Shown: one piece after another, positions 48,757 through 60,665 of the stretch
Layout: the number at the start of each line of letters is the position of its first letter
Numbering within the stretch: position 1 is the stretch's first letter
Assembly: GCA_013115125.1 (NCBI GenBank)
Contig: JABANN010000049.1
Span: forward strand, 1 to 64,000
From: Perkinsus olseni
Lineage: Eukaryota
Reading direction: 5' to 3'
DNA length: 64,000 bases
Program-made: the position numbers and the translations under genes
The notes under the pieces: generated by a model
What the model saw: the letters and a program-made list of their open reading frames with translations, nothing else
Databases searched by the model: none
Told to the model about the DNA's origin: nothing

Positions 48757-49795
48757 ATGTCCTCGACAGCCAATCCCAACGAAGCCGAGGCAGCAGCACC
48801 AGAGTTCATCTACCATCAGGAGCGGGTGGATGGTCGAAAATGTGAGATACTGGACGAGGGCGCCTCCTGATAAGGTCCTCAGGTGCAATGCTGCGACCCC
48901 CTACGCTTGAGCTGGGGCTGCTTCCCCACAAGGACGGCAGCGCCCGGCTGGGCTTTGGCGATACTGAGGTTTTAGTGGGGATCAACGGACCTGTTGAGAA
49001 TCGGTAGTAAGCTTGAGTAGTTTCCGGCGCACCATTACGCGGGCAGGTTCCCTCTGGGCGTGAGTACCCCTGGTTACCCTCTGGACGTGTCAGTACGGAG
49101 GGCCTCTGGCATGCCGACTGCTGAGGACAAGAGCGTTGAGTATCAACTCGCCAAGTTCATCAACACCATCATAGACACCCATCTACTGCCCGGCAATACC
49201 ATGATAACCATAGCGGTAAATTGCCATGGCGACCATTGATGAGCTTGAAGGTGCCCCTCTCAGGTCGAAGTGTTGAACGATGATGGCTCGCTGCTCTCTA
49301 CGATCCTCAACGCGGCAATTCTCGCCATGTTGGACGCGGGTTCGATTCCCCTCAGAGGTATTATTCACCATCGTGTATTGTACACGCTTCATCGGTGGAA
49401 TGCAGGCACAGCCTTCGCGGCAGCTTTGAGCAAACGCTATCAGCGTGGTGCTACACAGCTCCTAGTGGACCCCGATCGATCCGAAGAGGAGGTAGTAGCC
49501 AAGTGTAGCTGTTGCTTCGGTCATTCTCGTCACTTCAGTCTTCGGTCTTCAATGACACCATCGTTATCGACATACACTCTCAAGACGTGGTGATGTTAGT
49601 CGAGGACGTCGCCGTGGGGACGGCGAAGGAGGATGGCGGCGATGATGCGTTAGCTCCCACAGGAGTGGCCGCAGTGAAGGTCGGTTGTCTCGTGTAGCGA
49701 TCTTCAGTGCCATCGTCTACCCTCAGGCGTTTGAGAAGTATGTCCGTTCCTGTCTAGCCGTACATTACCAGAAGATTCGAACGCTCAATGCTTAA
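48757..49795 (+). CDS. RRP46: Exosome complex RNase PH-like subunit, most like RRP46, multi-exon
   Basis: RVDGR, DGSARLGFGDTEVLVGINGP, VEVLNDDGSLLSTILNAAILAMLDAG. Confidence 0.8.
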
Positions 49796-50003
49796 CAACA
49801 ATACGTGAACATTCCTATGCGGCCGTTGTGTTGTCGTTAACTGTAGTGGAATACAGTCGCCGGGGAGGGAGGAGATTTACCACTGTCGTTGACGACTGTT
49901 GGCGACTACCAAATTACTGACAACTATTAGCCAGGCTACTGGCTTCACTGCTGTTCCACTCGTGAATACTTCGTGGCTACGATGTTGATGGTTATCAGTG
50001 TCA

Positions 50004-53000
50004 TCATTCTCTTCGCACCCTTGCAACTCGCTCGGCCTGGTGATGATACCCTCTATGCCTGTGGAAGAGCCTAAGTCCGTAGCTACCTGTCCAAGTATAC
50101 CGACTAACCCATAACATACCGTATGAACGATTGAAACGGGGCGTAACAGTGCTAGGATTAGTAGAAGTGTCCTCAGCATACTCCAGCAGCTCGGCAGTCC
50201 TCCCCACGAGGGAAGTCATCCGCACAGTTGTGATGTCCTGCACGAGGCTGCTGCCTTCTGTTGATGGCCGTGGGGGGCCCACCTGGAATGCTGCACAGCA
50301 TCTCGTTGTCAGAGTCCTCCACTCGGCCGAAGAATACACTCCTCAACCCATTGCGATAGAAGAGCGGGCCGTACCAAGCCGTGAGGTTAACCTAACCTAC
50401 CCACTACTTGCACTCCTGTAGACGCCTCCGACCTCAGGATTCCGCAAGGTGCGGTAGAGGCGATTATCGATGGGGACTCGCCAGGAGTCGTCGAAGGGCT
50501 CCTCTCTCATATTGTATTCGATGTAGAGGTGGTTATGGTCATTAGCTTGCAGTATCCAGGACTGAGGGGCTATCGATGGCGACGCCAGTAGTTACCCTAC
50601 ACGCCCGTTTTCGTGCTTCCGAAGGTAGTAACCGTCTCGGAGGACTACTGGCAGTACTTCCGTCTCAATGCGCATGAAGTCCTGAGCGTGTGGTATGGAT
50701 GACGCCATGCAGGAGTTGGCCCTCACTTCCGTGTGAATGTGCAGGTCGATGTCCCCATCCCAGTCCAGCAGTTTTCCGAACTTCAACGACCCGAGAAGGG
50801 CGCCATCTGTTATCATGTACCTTCGAGTGAGAAGCTGGTGACAGAATGAGCCGAAGAAAAGAGTACCGGAAACCGAGCCGGGCGAAGAGGTCATGGGTGT
50901 AGTCCATGAGCCGACGAAGGGTTCGTTGACAGCATGGGGGGATAGAGAAACCCTTGTACCTGCTGGTGGTGACTCGAGAAGGAGAGGATAGGCCCGACCC
51001 ACATCCAGGTCATATCGCAGTTGGTTGATTGAATGGTGCACCCGAAGTTGATGGATCGTCCGTCGACGGTGTGGAACCTGCTGGGCTTGCTGCTGCTGCC
51101 GGTCGCTGTGTTGGCTGCAGCTATTAGTCACATCTTGAGATCGTTGTGACGCATGAACAGCTGCCCCTGGAGGTAGGGTGTAGTCGTCAGGTTCAACGAC
51201 GCCCCTTCAACTCCGTCGAAGTAGCCTTGCCGAGGCGGACCGAAGTAGTACGACTGGACCTCCGCACTGAGGAGGACCCGATACAGAAGGGCTCAATCGA
51301 CCAGCCACCACCTCTGGTAGAAATCTTTACGTCCCCATAGATGAGGCCGGGCATGGTTGAACTCCCCTGTGGGGATGTCTGCCATGTAAGCGCTGGAGCA
51401 CCTGGGCAGCAGTTCGACCCTGTGGTGATGGTCGCGATGCCGGTATTAACGTAGCGAATGCGAGTGGCCGTCTGCTGTGGTTGGGCCCCCAAACCTTGAG
51501 ATCCCTCATGTGCAGCATGAAGTCCAATATGGCCCACTCGCCGTTGAGGGCCGGGTGGAAGTAGTGACTGTCGACGGGACCATTAACTGTAGCTGCTGCT
51601 CACCTCCTTACGAGGCTTGAAGCACTTGAAGGGAAGTGAGAAAGCTTGGTGAGGTCGTGTCGGCCAGTTTACACGGGGGTTGGACAGAGCCTGCCAGCAG
51701 GCTGCTGGTGACGGTAGTCGACCTTCTACTGTCCGGAAGGGGTTGGAAGCTCCAATGGTAGGTCGGGTCGAAGTGGATGCTCCAGTGGTGAGTAACCAGC
51801 CGATAGGCGTAGTCGACGTAGACGAAACCCTCATCAATAGACGGGCCTCCAACGAAGCCTACTTTAGTGCTAGACAGGACCTGGGAACTTGATGGCAACT
51901 TTCTACTGTCGCTGGTATGGGTACGTCGATCATGAGGCCTAGGGACTCTCTGGACTGGGGTATCATAGACCCTGCTACGATGAAGACAAAGTTGGTATCA
52001 ATCATTCCCGTTCTTATGAAGATATTGAGTATCTGAGGTTGAAGGCTGCATTCCACACGTCAATGTGATCACGTTGTTTATAGCGGTGAACAGTTTCAGT
52101 GGGTCCGACTCCCGAGCTACCAGATTCACTGACTCAATAAGGGCGTATGGGTGACCCTTACTCTGCCGAGGGGTTCGCCAGCGTATCCAGACAGGACTCT
52201 CCAGCCCCTCCGCTGGTCAACGATCCTTCCGCCCTCCCTGCAGTGAGGGCTGTCCTCACCACCACCTTGGAGGAGGACAGCCACCTCGGGGAACTTCTCC
52301 GCTATCGCCAGGAGTAACTGCGTGACTATCAGCGGCACTGTGATGAGAGGGAGTACCTCTGGTGAGGGGCATCCGTTCTCCGATGGTACTAGGAAGGTGA
52401 CGTCCTCAAACGGATGTCCTTGTAGAGGATCGCCGCGTGGCGGGCGGAAGTCGAAGCCTTCAGGACTGCCTTCAACCTCCTCGAGAATAGCGTGGGCGTA
52501 GACAGCCAGCATAGGCCAGTGACTGGCGTCCAGTAGATAACTGTTGAATGGAGTCATGCCGAGGTGAGCAGCACGGGGGCACCTGTGCTGAAGGGCCTCT
52601 CTCACGAGGGCACGGAGTGTCCCCTTAGGAATACGGCAGTTGAGAGCTGTCGTAGCCAGCTTCCAGTGCGCAAGTATCTACCTCGGGCGGTGGGCCAGGG
52701 GAGGGAATGGTAGTACTTACTATGCCACCAGCAGTGACAACAGCATTGAAGCAATGAGGGAGTTGATGAATTCTATCGGGTAAGATGCCCTCCATCAAAG
52801 ACACCGCCAGAGCCACACCTTCGAGGGTGCAGTGGTAGGGGTAGGACTCCACTGATAGAGACCGTTGTGCAGGAGAGGCAACCTGTGATGGGTGTCGTCT
52901 AGCAGGGGCTCTTCCTTCCAGTGACCACCTTGTCCGAACAGTGGGCTCTGAGGTCCCTCATGGCCTGGGGCCAATCGATACCATCGGCTGTGTGTGAGCA

Positions 53001-53093
53001 GGAGGTGGTGTCCTCTATGTAGTTCGCTGCTACTACGACCACTAGCAGGAGGAGAAGCAAGGGAATATACCTCATGAAAACCCTGGGCCCCAT
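50004..53093 (-). CDS. LicD/fukutin-related nucleotidyl(phospho)transferase-family protein, multi-exon
   Basis: N-terminal signal/anchor ([17 protein letters not shown]), a long stem region, and the LicD catalytic motif [26 protein letters not shown]. Confidence 0.8.
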
Positions 53094-53193
53094 CTCTTAC
53101 ACCCATTGACGACTAAAGACTACACTCAGTAGAAATGTGACCACAATAAGACGATAACAGCACTAGTGTTAATCATCATCCCCGCGACTCGAC

Positions 53194-54550
53194 CTACTCC
53201 CGACCGTCCATGGTCGCCGCGTTGTCAGGCTCGTCATTCATCGCCATTGCAGTGAATTGTTGCTGTTGACCTGTGAGACCAAGCTCATGAGTCGGCCATA
53301 GGAGGCTGCTGGTAGTACTCACCTGCAGTTTGTTGGTGTCTCTTCCTGCCTAGGACCAGACCCCTGAAAGGGAACGGGTGATGCATGAGGCCAATTGTGA
53401 AGAGATAATTACTTCTTAGGTGCGCCACTTGACATGATCGATTGATGATGTTGTTGTTGATAATACTCATTCTGGGAGCTCTCGGACGCCGCTGATGTAG
53501 TGAAGCCGCCACCTGCAGGGAGGGGTCTAAGAGGCAGAGGGACCCGAGTGCAGCTCACCCTGGAACTGCTGCTGTTGGGTCGACCGAGACGACGAGGCCG
53601 GCACGCCGAGATCATCACCGCCAGCGCTGGAGAAGTCATCGGGGGAGGCCGCGGCGGAGTCGTTGCCGAAGCCACTCGGAACACCGCCCAAGGAGTCGAC
53701 GGTGGAGTAGCCCTGTCGACTGCTGCGGAGCCTTGCTTCTGAGGGGGGAGAGATCACTACGAGGAGGGCTGGGGCTGCTACCTTTAGCCTGCTGAGCTCG
53801 CAGTCGTGCCAGCTCCAGCTGCTTCTTCTTGGCCACTTCCTTGGCTTCATTCATCTGATGATAATAACCTCCCTTCACTACCACACTCCATCACGCATTA
53901 CTTTGCTTTGCTCGATCATCTGGGCTAACCTCTCCTCGTGGGAGTCCATCTCGGTATAGGTCTTTATTTGCGATAGAGTCACAGCCTCTCGGTAACTAGT
54001 GCAAGCGACGGTAGCCAGCCGCAAGCGACCTGCAGGGAGCCTACCCAAAGCTGACCACTTCGTCAAATGCAAAAACAAGATCGAAGACATTATCCAATAC
54101 CGTATCTTCCGTAACAGACGTCTTGACCACATCTTGCACGACCTGGGCACAGCAGCTTAGCCCAGCAACAGACCCCTGATCCCCTACGTTAGTAAAGAGC
54201 TTGAGAGTGTCGAGGTCCTCGAGTATGTTAGACTGCCTCGTCGTGATGAGCACCTGAGGATGAGCGGCATTCGGTAGGGATGGTAGGCCGGTAGGGGCTG
54301 ACCAAGTATAGCTGCTCCATCGGTTGATAGACATAACGGATATTCTCCGTCTCGATGTAGGTGTGGTCGGACTTCTGTGATTCGACCAGTTTTATAAACG
54401 CTCCCAGTAGACCTGGACGATCAATACTCAAGCGGGGTGATTCACGAATTGCGATTTTCTACCTTCAATTCTGAGCCTGGGGATGTCGACGAACTGCCTC
54501 GCAAGGAGTGTCTTTTGCTTTGACACCACTGCTGCTGATAAAACCACCAT
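53194..54550 (-). CDS. Coatomer delta subunit-like, longin domain plus helix only (copy B), multi-exon
   Basis: [86 protein letters not shown], then a stop. No mu-homology domain. Confidence 0.9.
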
Positions 54551-54737
54551 AAATAAGAACCAGTCGTGGAAGAAAAAACGAGGAACTGACGATCATCATC
54601 CTCGCATCACCACCACCAGCATCAACACCACCGCCGGGCTCCAGTGAAAAATAGTAGGCTACTAGTACTATGATAAGGATACAATGAGTACGACGCTGGA
54701 CAGCAGATAACCCAACCATTCATGAGTCGGCATGGTC

Positions 54738-56049
54738 TCACTCAAGGCCTTGGTCAGAGGGTTGAGCATTCATCGCCATCATCTCACCAAGAGTAGGGGG
54801 GATAGCTGACGACGCACGCTGTATACCGACACTCGGGTACTACTTACAGTTGGGCCCAGGCTGCTGTCCTCTCTTGCGGCCAAGGACCAGTCCCCTAAAG
54901 AGAAGGACCTCCAACTAGCTGTCTCATGCTAGGAGTCATGGTACTACTTCTTAGGCCCTCCTCCCATAGGAAAGGCTGCTTCATATCGGTCGTCCGAGGC
55001 AGCTGCAGGATGGACTTCGGCAGCACTCGTAAAGCCCCCACCTAACACGCACGTCCCCAGCGTCCTCTGAGGGCCTCAGCGTGACCTTGAAATCTATCGC
55101 TTGGCGCAGCAGCTGGAGGGCTCCTATCTTCTCCATAGGGGCCTACTACCGCGTCACTGCCAAAGCCTGTCGGGGAGCCATCGCCAACAGAAGGCATCAT
55201 ACGGCTGCGCAGCCTCTCCTCTGACCAAAAACGACACTAGACCACCGTCACCCAGCGGACCCTGACTACCCTTGGCGAGCAACGCCCTCTGCCTGGCCAG
55301 CTCCAGCTGCTTCTTCTTGGCCACTTCCTTGGCTTCATTCATCTAATGATAATAACCTCCCTTCACTACCACACTCCATCACGCATTACTTTGCTTTGCT
55401 CGATCATCTGGGCTAACCTCTCCTCGTGGGAGTCCATCTCGGTATAGGTCTTTATTTGCGATAGAGTAACAGCCTCTCGGTAACTGGTACAATAGCCTCG
55501 CAAGCCGGTGAACCCTCCACGACGACCTCACCCAAAAGTGATAACTTCATCAAAGGCGAAGACTAGGTCGAATGCACTGTCCAGCACCGTCTCCTCACTG
55601 ATGGTGTTCTTGACAACCTCAGGGACAACCTGACGGCCAGCAGCAGCAGCTCAACCCAGAGCCCGAAGCAGCCGTCACTGCAGCAGCACGCACAATAGTG
55701 AGGAGCTTCAGCGTATCCAAGTCTTGCAGGATGTTGGACTCCCTGCTAGTCAGTAGCACCTGAGGATGAGCGGCATTCGGTAGGGGTGGTAGGCCGGAAG
55801 GGGCTGACCAAGTAAAGCTGCTCCATCGGTTGGTAGACATAACGGATATTCTCCGTCTCGATGTAGGTGTGGTCGGACTTCTGCGATTCGACCAGTTTTA
55901 TGAACGCTCCCAGTAGACCTGGACGATCAATACTCCGACAGGCCCTCCCTCACGTATCCACCTTCTATCCTCAACCTCGAGACATCGACAAACTGGCGGG
56001 CCAATAAGACCTTCTGGTCGGACACGATGGCTGCCGAAAGTACCACCAT
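54738..56049 (-). CDS. Coatomer delta subunit-like, longin domain plus helix only (copy A), multi-exon
   Basis: [35 protein letters not shown] and the same motifs. Ends ...[11 protein letters not shown] shortly after GLVLGRK. Confidence 0.9.
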
Positions 56050-56157
56050 ACCTTGTGAAAAGATACGACTTTAAAAACTGCTGCCAGCAGTCACATGCTC
56101 CTCACACTGGGTGCACTGAACGCAAGTCGAATGAGGTTCAGAAAATCACACAGCATT

Positions 56158-58851
56158 TCATCGACGCCTCGGATACCCGCTGCTTCGCTTCGCGTTCTTC
56201 GTCACTCGAGTTTTCTTCTCACTCGACTTCGTGACAGGTTCAAGTGAAGCTCGAGGAATGGCTGGATTGCCGCGGACCATCTGGTGTGATTAGGGCAAGT
56301 TATGGTAACGCTGCCACTGCCAGCAGTCGGCCTACCTTATCAAGCTCCTGAGCGAAATGCTCCAGGCCAAATTTCTGTCGAACCCAATCCTCACATACTT
56401 TCTCTCTGTTAGCCTGACAACACTCCCAAGTACTGGGCTCGCTGATTATGCGACTCTAGCGATACATCATCAATATGGTGTCTGCCGTAATACTACTGCA
56501 GTGCTGCACAGGTATACACGTGTAGTGACTTCACGTCTATACCTGTGCCACATCAGAGTGCAAGGCATTACGCTGTGTAACAGTGGTTCTTAGGTATGGT
56601 CACCATCACCATCATCAGGTATTATAAACTATACCATCTATTAATACAGTAGAGTTCATCGAGTAGAGCACATTGGCCGCTCTTAGGAACTCTGCTCATT
56701 GAGATTCCTCAATCGCCGAGATTATACAACAAAAATTTTAAAATCAACCCTGACAGATCGCCAACCCTGTATTATGCTCTAAGGCTATATTGTATTCATT
56801 CCCTTCGGTGCTCAGATCAACATTGCGCAACTCCGAGACATACCCGGCGGTGAGCACTCTGCGGCGGAGCGATGGGTCGGGGAACTGTATTTGATCAAGC
56901 GATTTTTGTTTTTTGCAAAATACGCGTAAATCCACTCAAGCCGTCGAAAAAACTATCACAAGAATGGCAGTCAAAGTCACTTAACGAAAACATAGCGTAA
57001 TGATATCGTGAATCAATTCATCCACCCAGAATAGCGAAGTCACTACATCCCTTTGCTGGAACTCCTTCATAGCTCGGCAGAACTCGTAGGCCTCCGCTGG
57101 GCCCTCCGAGCACAGTCTGCCAGTTTTACCATCACAAATACTCTCCAAAGGTCCACCACTACCGGGCGCTATAACGGGAGTGCCTGAGGTATCTTAAGGT
57201 TGAGCATGGAAGATTCAAGACAGGTCTGCCCGGTGATTACCTAACGCCATGCTTTCACATGGCACGATGCCGAAGTGCTCTCTACTAGGAGTGTACAGCG
57301 TAGCTAAGGCATTCCGCAGGAGCCACAGCCTCACACCATCCGAGACCGACCGGAGGAAGATGACCTCCTGATCGACCCCCTGGGCCATCTCCTAAGGATA
57401 AGGCATCACACTGAGTAGCAGCACGATGGCTGTTTACCTTGAGCTCGTTATAGTGTTCCACGTTTTCTCGAACTCGAGAGTCGTAACCACCAGCAATCAC
57501 TAGATATGGAAGTGTCTTCACCCCGTCCGCTTCAGAGGACTCCAGAAAAAGCTTGTAAGCCGCTATAGCAAGGCCGATATTCTTCTTGCGCTCATATCTG
57601 GTCAATTGCTCCATACCAAACTTCCCCCAACTCACAGTTATGACTACCTGTTCAGAGACACATAAAAGCCGTTCTTGACAAGACCTGCCGCAACGCTCGG
57701 GTCCAACTCATCCTTCGGGGGAGTGCGCGGTCCCTCCCTCAGGAAGGCGTCCGTGGCCGTGAGGTCCACCGGGGGGTATATCACCTGACATCAGAATACA
57801 CCACCACTGTAACCCGCACCCTTCACTACCCGAAGCTCCGTGTCCTTCAGTGACGGGAATGTCTCTCTCGTCGTGCGCTGGGTGAACTCGCTATTAACAG
57901 CTATGCAGTCGGCCATACCCGTGGTGACCTCTTCCAGGCGATCCACGGGGTATCTACAGAGGATCCCATCACAGACCCGAGGTCGACATCCTGACGACTG
58001 ATGGAATACAAAGATTCTGTTCCAGGCGTCTCAAGAATCCTTCGCAGTGCGGGCAAGGAGACGGTCCCTTCACAATACAGTGCATCTAGTACTCGTGCGG
58101 TGCGAGTTGATTGCGAAAAAGTTGGTATGATAAGTATATTGCCGCGTTGATGACCTCTCAGTGAGGACTACCTGTATAATCGCTTTAGTGCTAGCGTTCG
58201 ATCAGCGCATAACAACTGGTCGGGGAAATGACAGTAAAATATAACCCGAGGGGCTATGAGGCGGAGTAGAGGATTTATGAAGGAAACCTGAGAGGCGAGC
58301 CAACGCTGATAGCAGCACGACTGTCGGCGGCGCACACCACCTGGTCATTCACTGCCACGTCGAACCTCGCTCCGGTGACAAAGGTATAGAGACAGAGGTA
58401 GACCATGCGGATAATGGCGCATACGACTGTGAAGCGGCCAAAGATGGTGCCTAATGCAACCTGTTTTGTATCTTCCGCGGGTAGGCTCAAGATACTTACG
58501 AGGCAGCCAGTCTCCGGCTACGGTCACTTTGAGTGTCCCATCCCTAGTCGATTGAAAGCAGTGCTGTAGGTCTTGATGTGACGTATAAAACTCAACCTCA
58601 TGGCCCAACCTGAAGAGCCCTTCTTCCCCTTCCCGCTGTCCGCTGCTCTCTATTACCGTTGTAACCCTTCCGCTGCAGACACTACAAGATTCTCAGCGCC
58701 GCCAATGCCCAGGTCAAGGTGGAAAAATACCTGCCGGCGAAAGCCTCCCCTGAAGCGCGTTATCAGGCAGACACACGACGACGAGTAGAAGGGTCCTATG
58801 GACGGCACAGACCCAACGGCGCACAAACGACAGGGGGCGTTTCGAAGTCAT
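56158..58851 (-). CDS. ALG2: Alpha-1,3/1,6-mannosyltransferase (GT4), multi-exon
   Basis: [85 protein letters not shown]. Start approximate. Confidence 0.95.
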
Positions 58852-59302
58852 TAAGGAATATCTTTTCTCTGGGTCTCGAAATTTCGGTCGCTTTCCGTGC
58901 ACAGTACCGTCTCGTCGACGTCAGTGGCATGGCGTTATGTCGGTAGCGGAGGTGCCTTATATCCCGGCCTACCACTCGTAAAGATTTCTCCTCCTTCTCA
59001 GGCATCAGTACCATCACCAAAATTAATCGATCACCAGGGCGTGCGCTTTTCACACACGTGATCTATAGAGCCTCCCATGCGCTGTGAACGCGTATGTCAC
59101 TACTACTTGACATGTGTGTAGTTGAGTTGGGAACAGTGATGGTGGTTTGACGTAAACTGAGTCCTTTGATGGACGATGATGTATCCCCTCGCTAAGGCTA
59201 GGATAATCCGATTGCGATTGTTGACTCGACTAGCCGGTTACGATAATAACAACAGCACCGCCATTACTGTCATTCCCAGCAGTGACTTTGATTCCCACAA
59301 TC

Positions 59303-60285
59303 ATGAAAGGTGGCAGCTTTGGTAAGGGCAAAGGAAAGGGCAAGGGCTCTGGCAAAGGCAAGGGCAAGGGTATGAGCGGCAAGGGCAAGGGAAAGGGCAA
59401 GGGAGGCAAAGGAAAGGGAGGCAAGGGCAAGGGAGGCCATAAGGGAGCCGCCAAGGTCATCGTTGAGCCCCATCGCTTCGAGGGATGCTTCGTCTCTCGA
59501 GGCAAGGATGAGGCTCTCCTTACCCGTAACATGGTCCCCGGTGAGAGCGTCTACGGTGAGAAGCGCATCACGGTCGAGAAGCCTGTCGAGGGTCAGGACC
59601 AGCCCGAGAAGATCGAGTATCGTGTATGGAACCCCTTCCGTTCCAAGCTCGGTGCCACTATCGTTGGTGGTGTTGCCAACATGCCCATCAAGCCCGGCAG
59701 CAAGGTCCTCTACTTGGGCGCCGCCTCCGGTACTACCGTGTCACACGTCAGCGACATGGTTGGCCCTACTGGCTGCGTCTACGGTGTCGAGTTCGCCCAT
59801 CGCCCCGGTCGTGATTTAACCAACATGGCCAAGAAGCGCCCCAACATCGTAAGCTATTCCCTCTTCCCCTAACGTGCATGTTATTGCCCTCTTCAGGTTC
59901 CCATCATTGAGGATGCTCGTCAGCCTCTCCGTTACAGAATGCTGGTGCCCATGGTGGACGTCATCTTCGCTGATGTCGCCCAGCCCGACCAAGCTCGTAT
60001 CGTTGCTGTGAACGCTCAGAACTTCCTTAAGAACAACGGCTGGTACATCATCTCCATCAAGGCCAACTGTGTTGACTCCACTGCCGCTCCCGAGGCCGTC
60101 TTCGCCAGTGAGATCGAGAAGCTTAAGAAAGATAAACTCAGGTAAAAAGATACTCCCTCAACTCAGGCCTTGTCTCACATGTCACTTTCAGACCGAAGGA
60201 GCAGCTCACCTTGGAGCCCTACCACAGAGATCATGCTGTGGTCATTGGTCAGTACCGACCGATGAAGCACAAGAAGGCCGAGTAA
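59303..60285 (+). CDS. NOP1: Fibrillarin (rRNA 2'-O-methyltransferase), 3 exons
   Basis: [70 protein letters not shown]. Confidence 0.99.
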
Positions 60286-60665
60286 GATGAGTATGATGCA
60301 GCATTCTTCCCGAGTCTACTACCAACAAGTCACTATCTGCAGCCAGAAGGCGTTGGCTTCACAAGAGTCTTCGCTGGCTAACGTTTCTTCTACCATTACA
60401 CTGCTATTGTTGTGTCACCAGTGTAACTGGGAAGGAGCTGTCTTCAGTAGTAGCACATTCGCTTTGGTATGAGGGCGAATTCTCTGTTCGCTTGGCTGGT
60501 TAAGGCTGTTAATTAAGTACTTCACCTGTCATCCGTGTAATCTACCATCCCAAGCGTGTAGAGCTCCGTCCCCTCTTCGAGAAACTAAGCTCATCCTGAA
60601 GATATCAAAGGAACTGTTGACTTCACAACACGACCCCAATACACTTAGAGTACAGAAACTGGAGA

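Noticed and set aside
59130-59230. Possible C/D snoRNA upstream of fibrillarin
   Set aside because: Box motifs are imperfect and misordered, with no terminal stem or identifiable guide.
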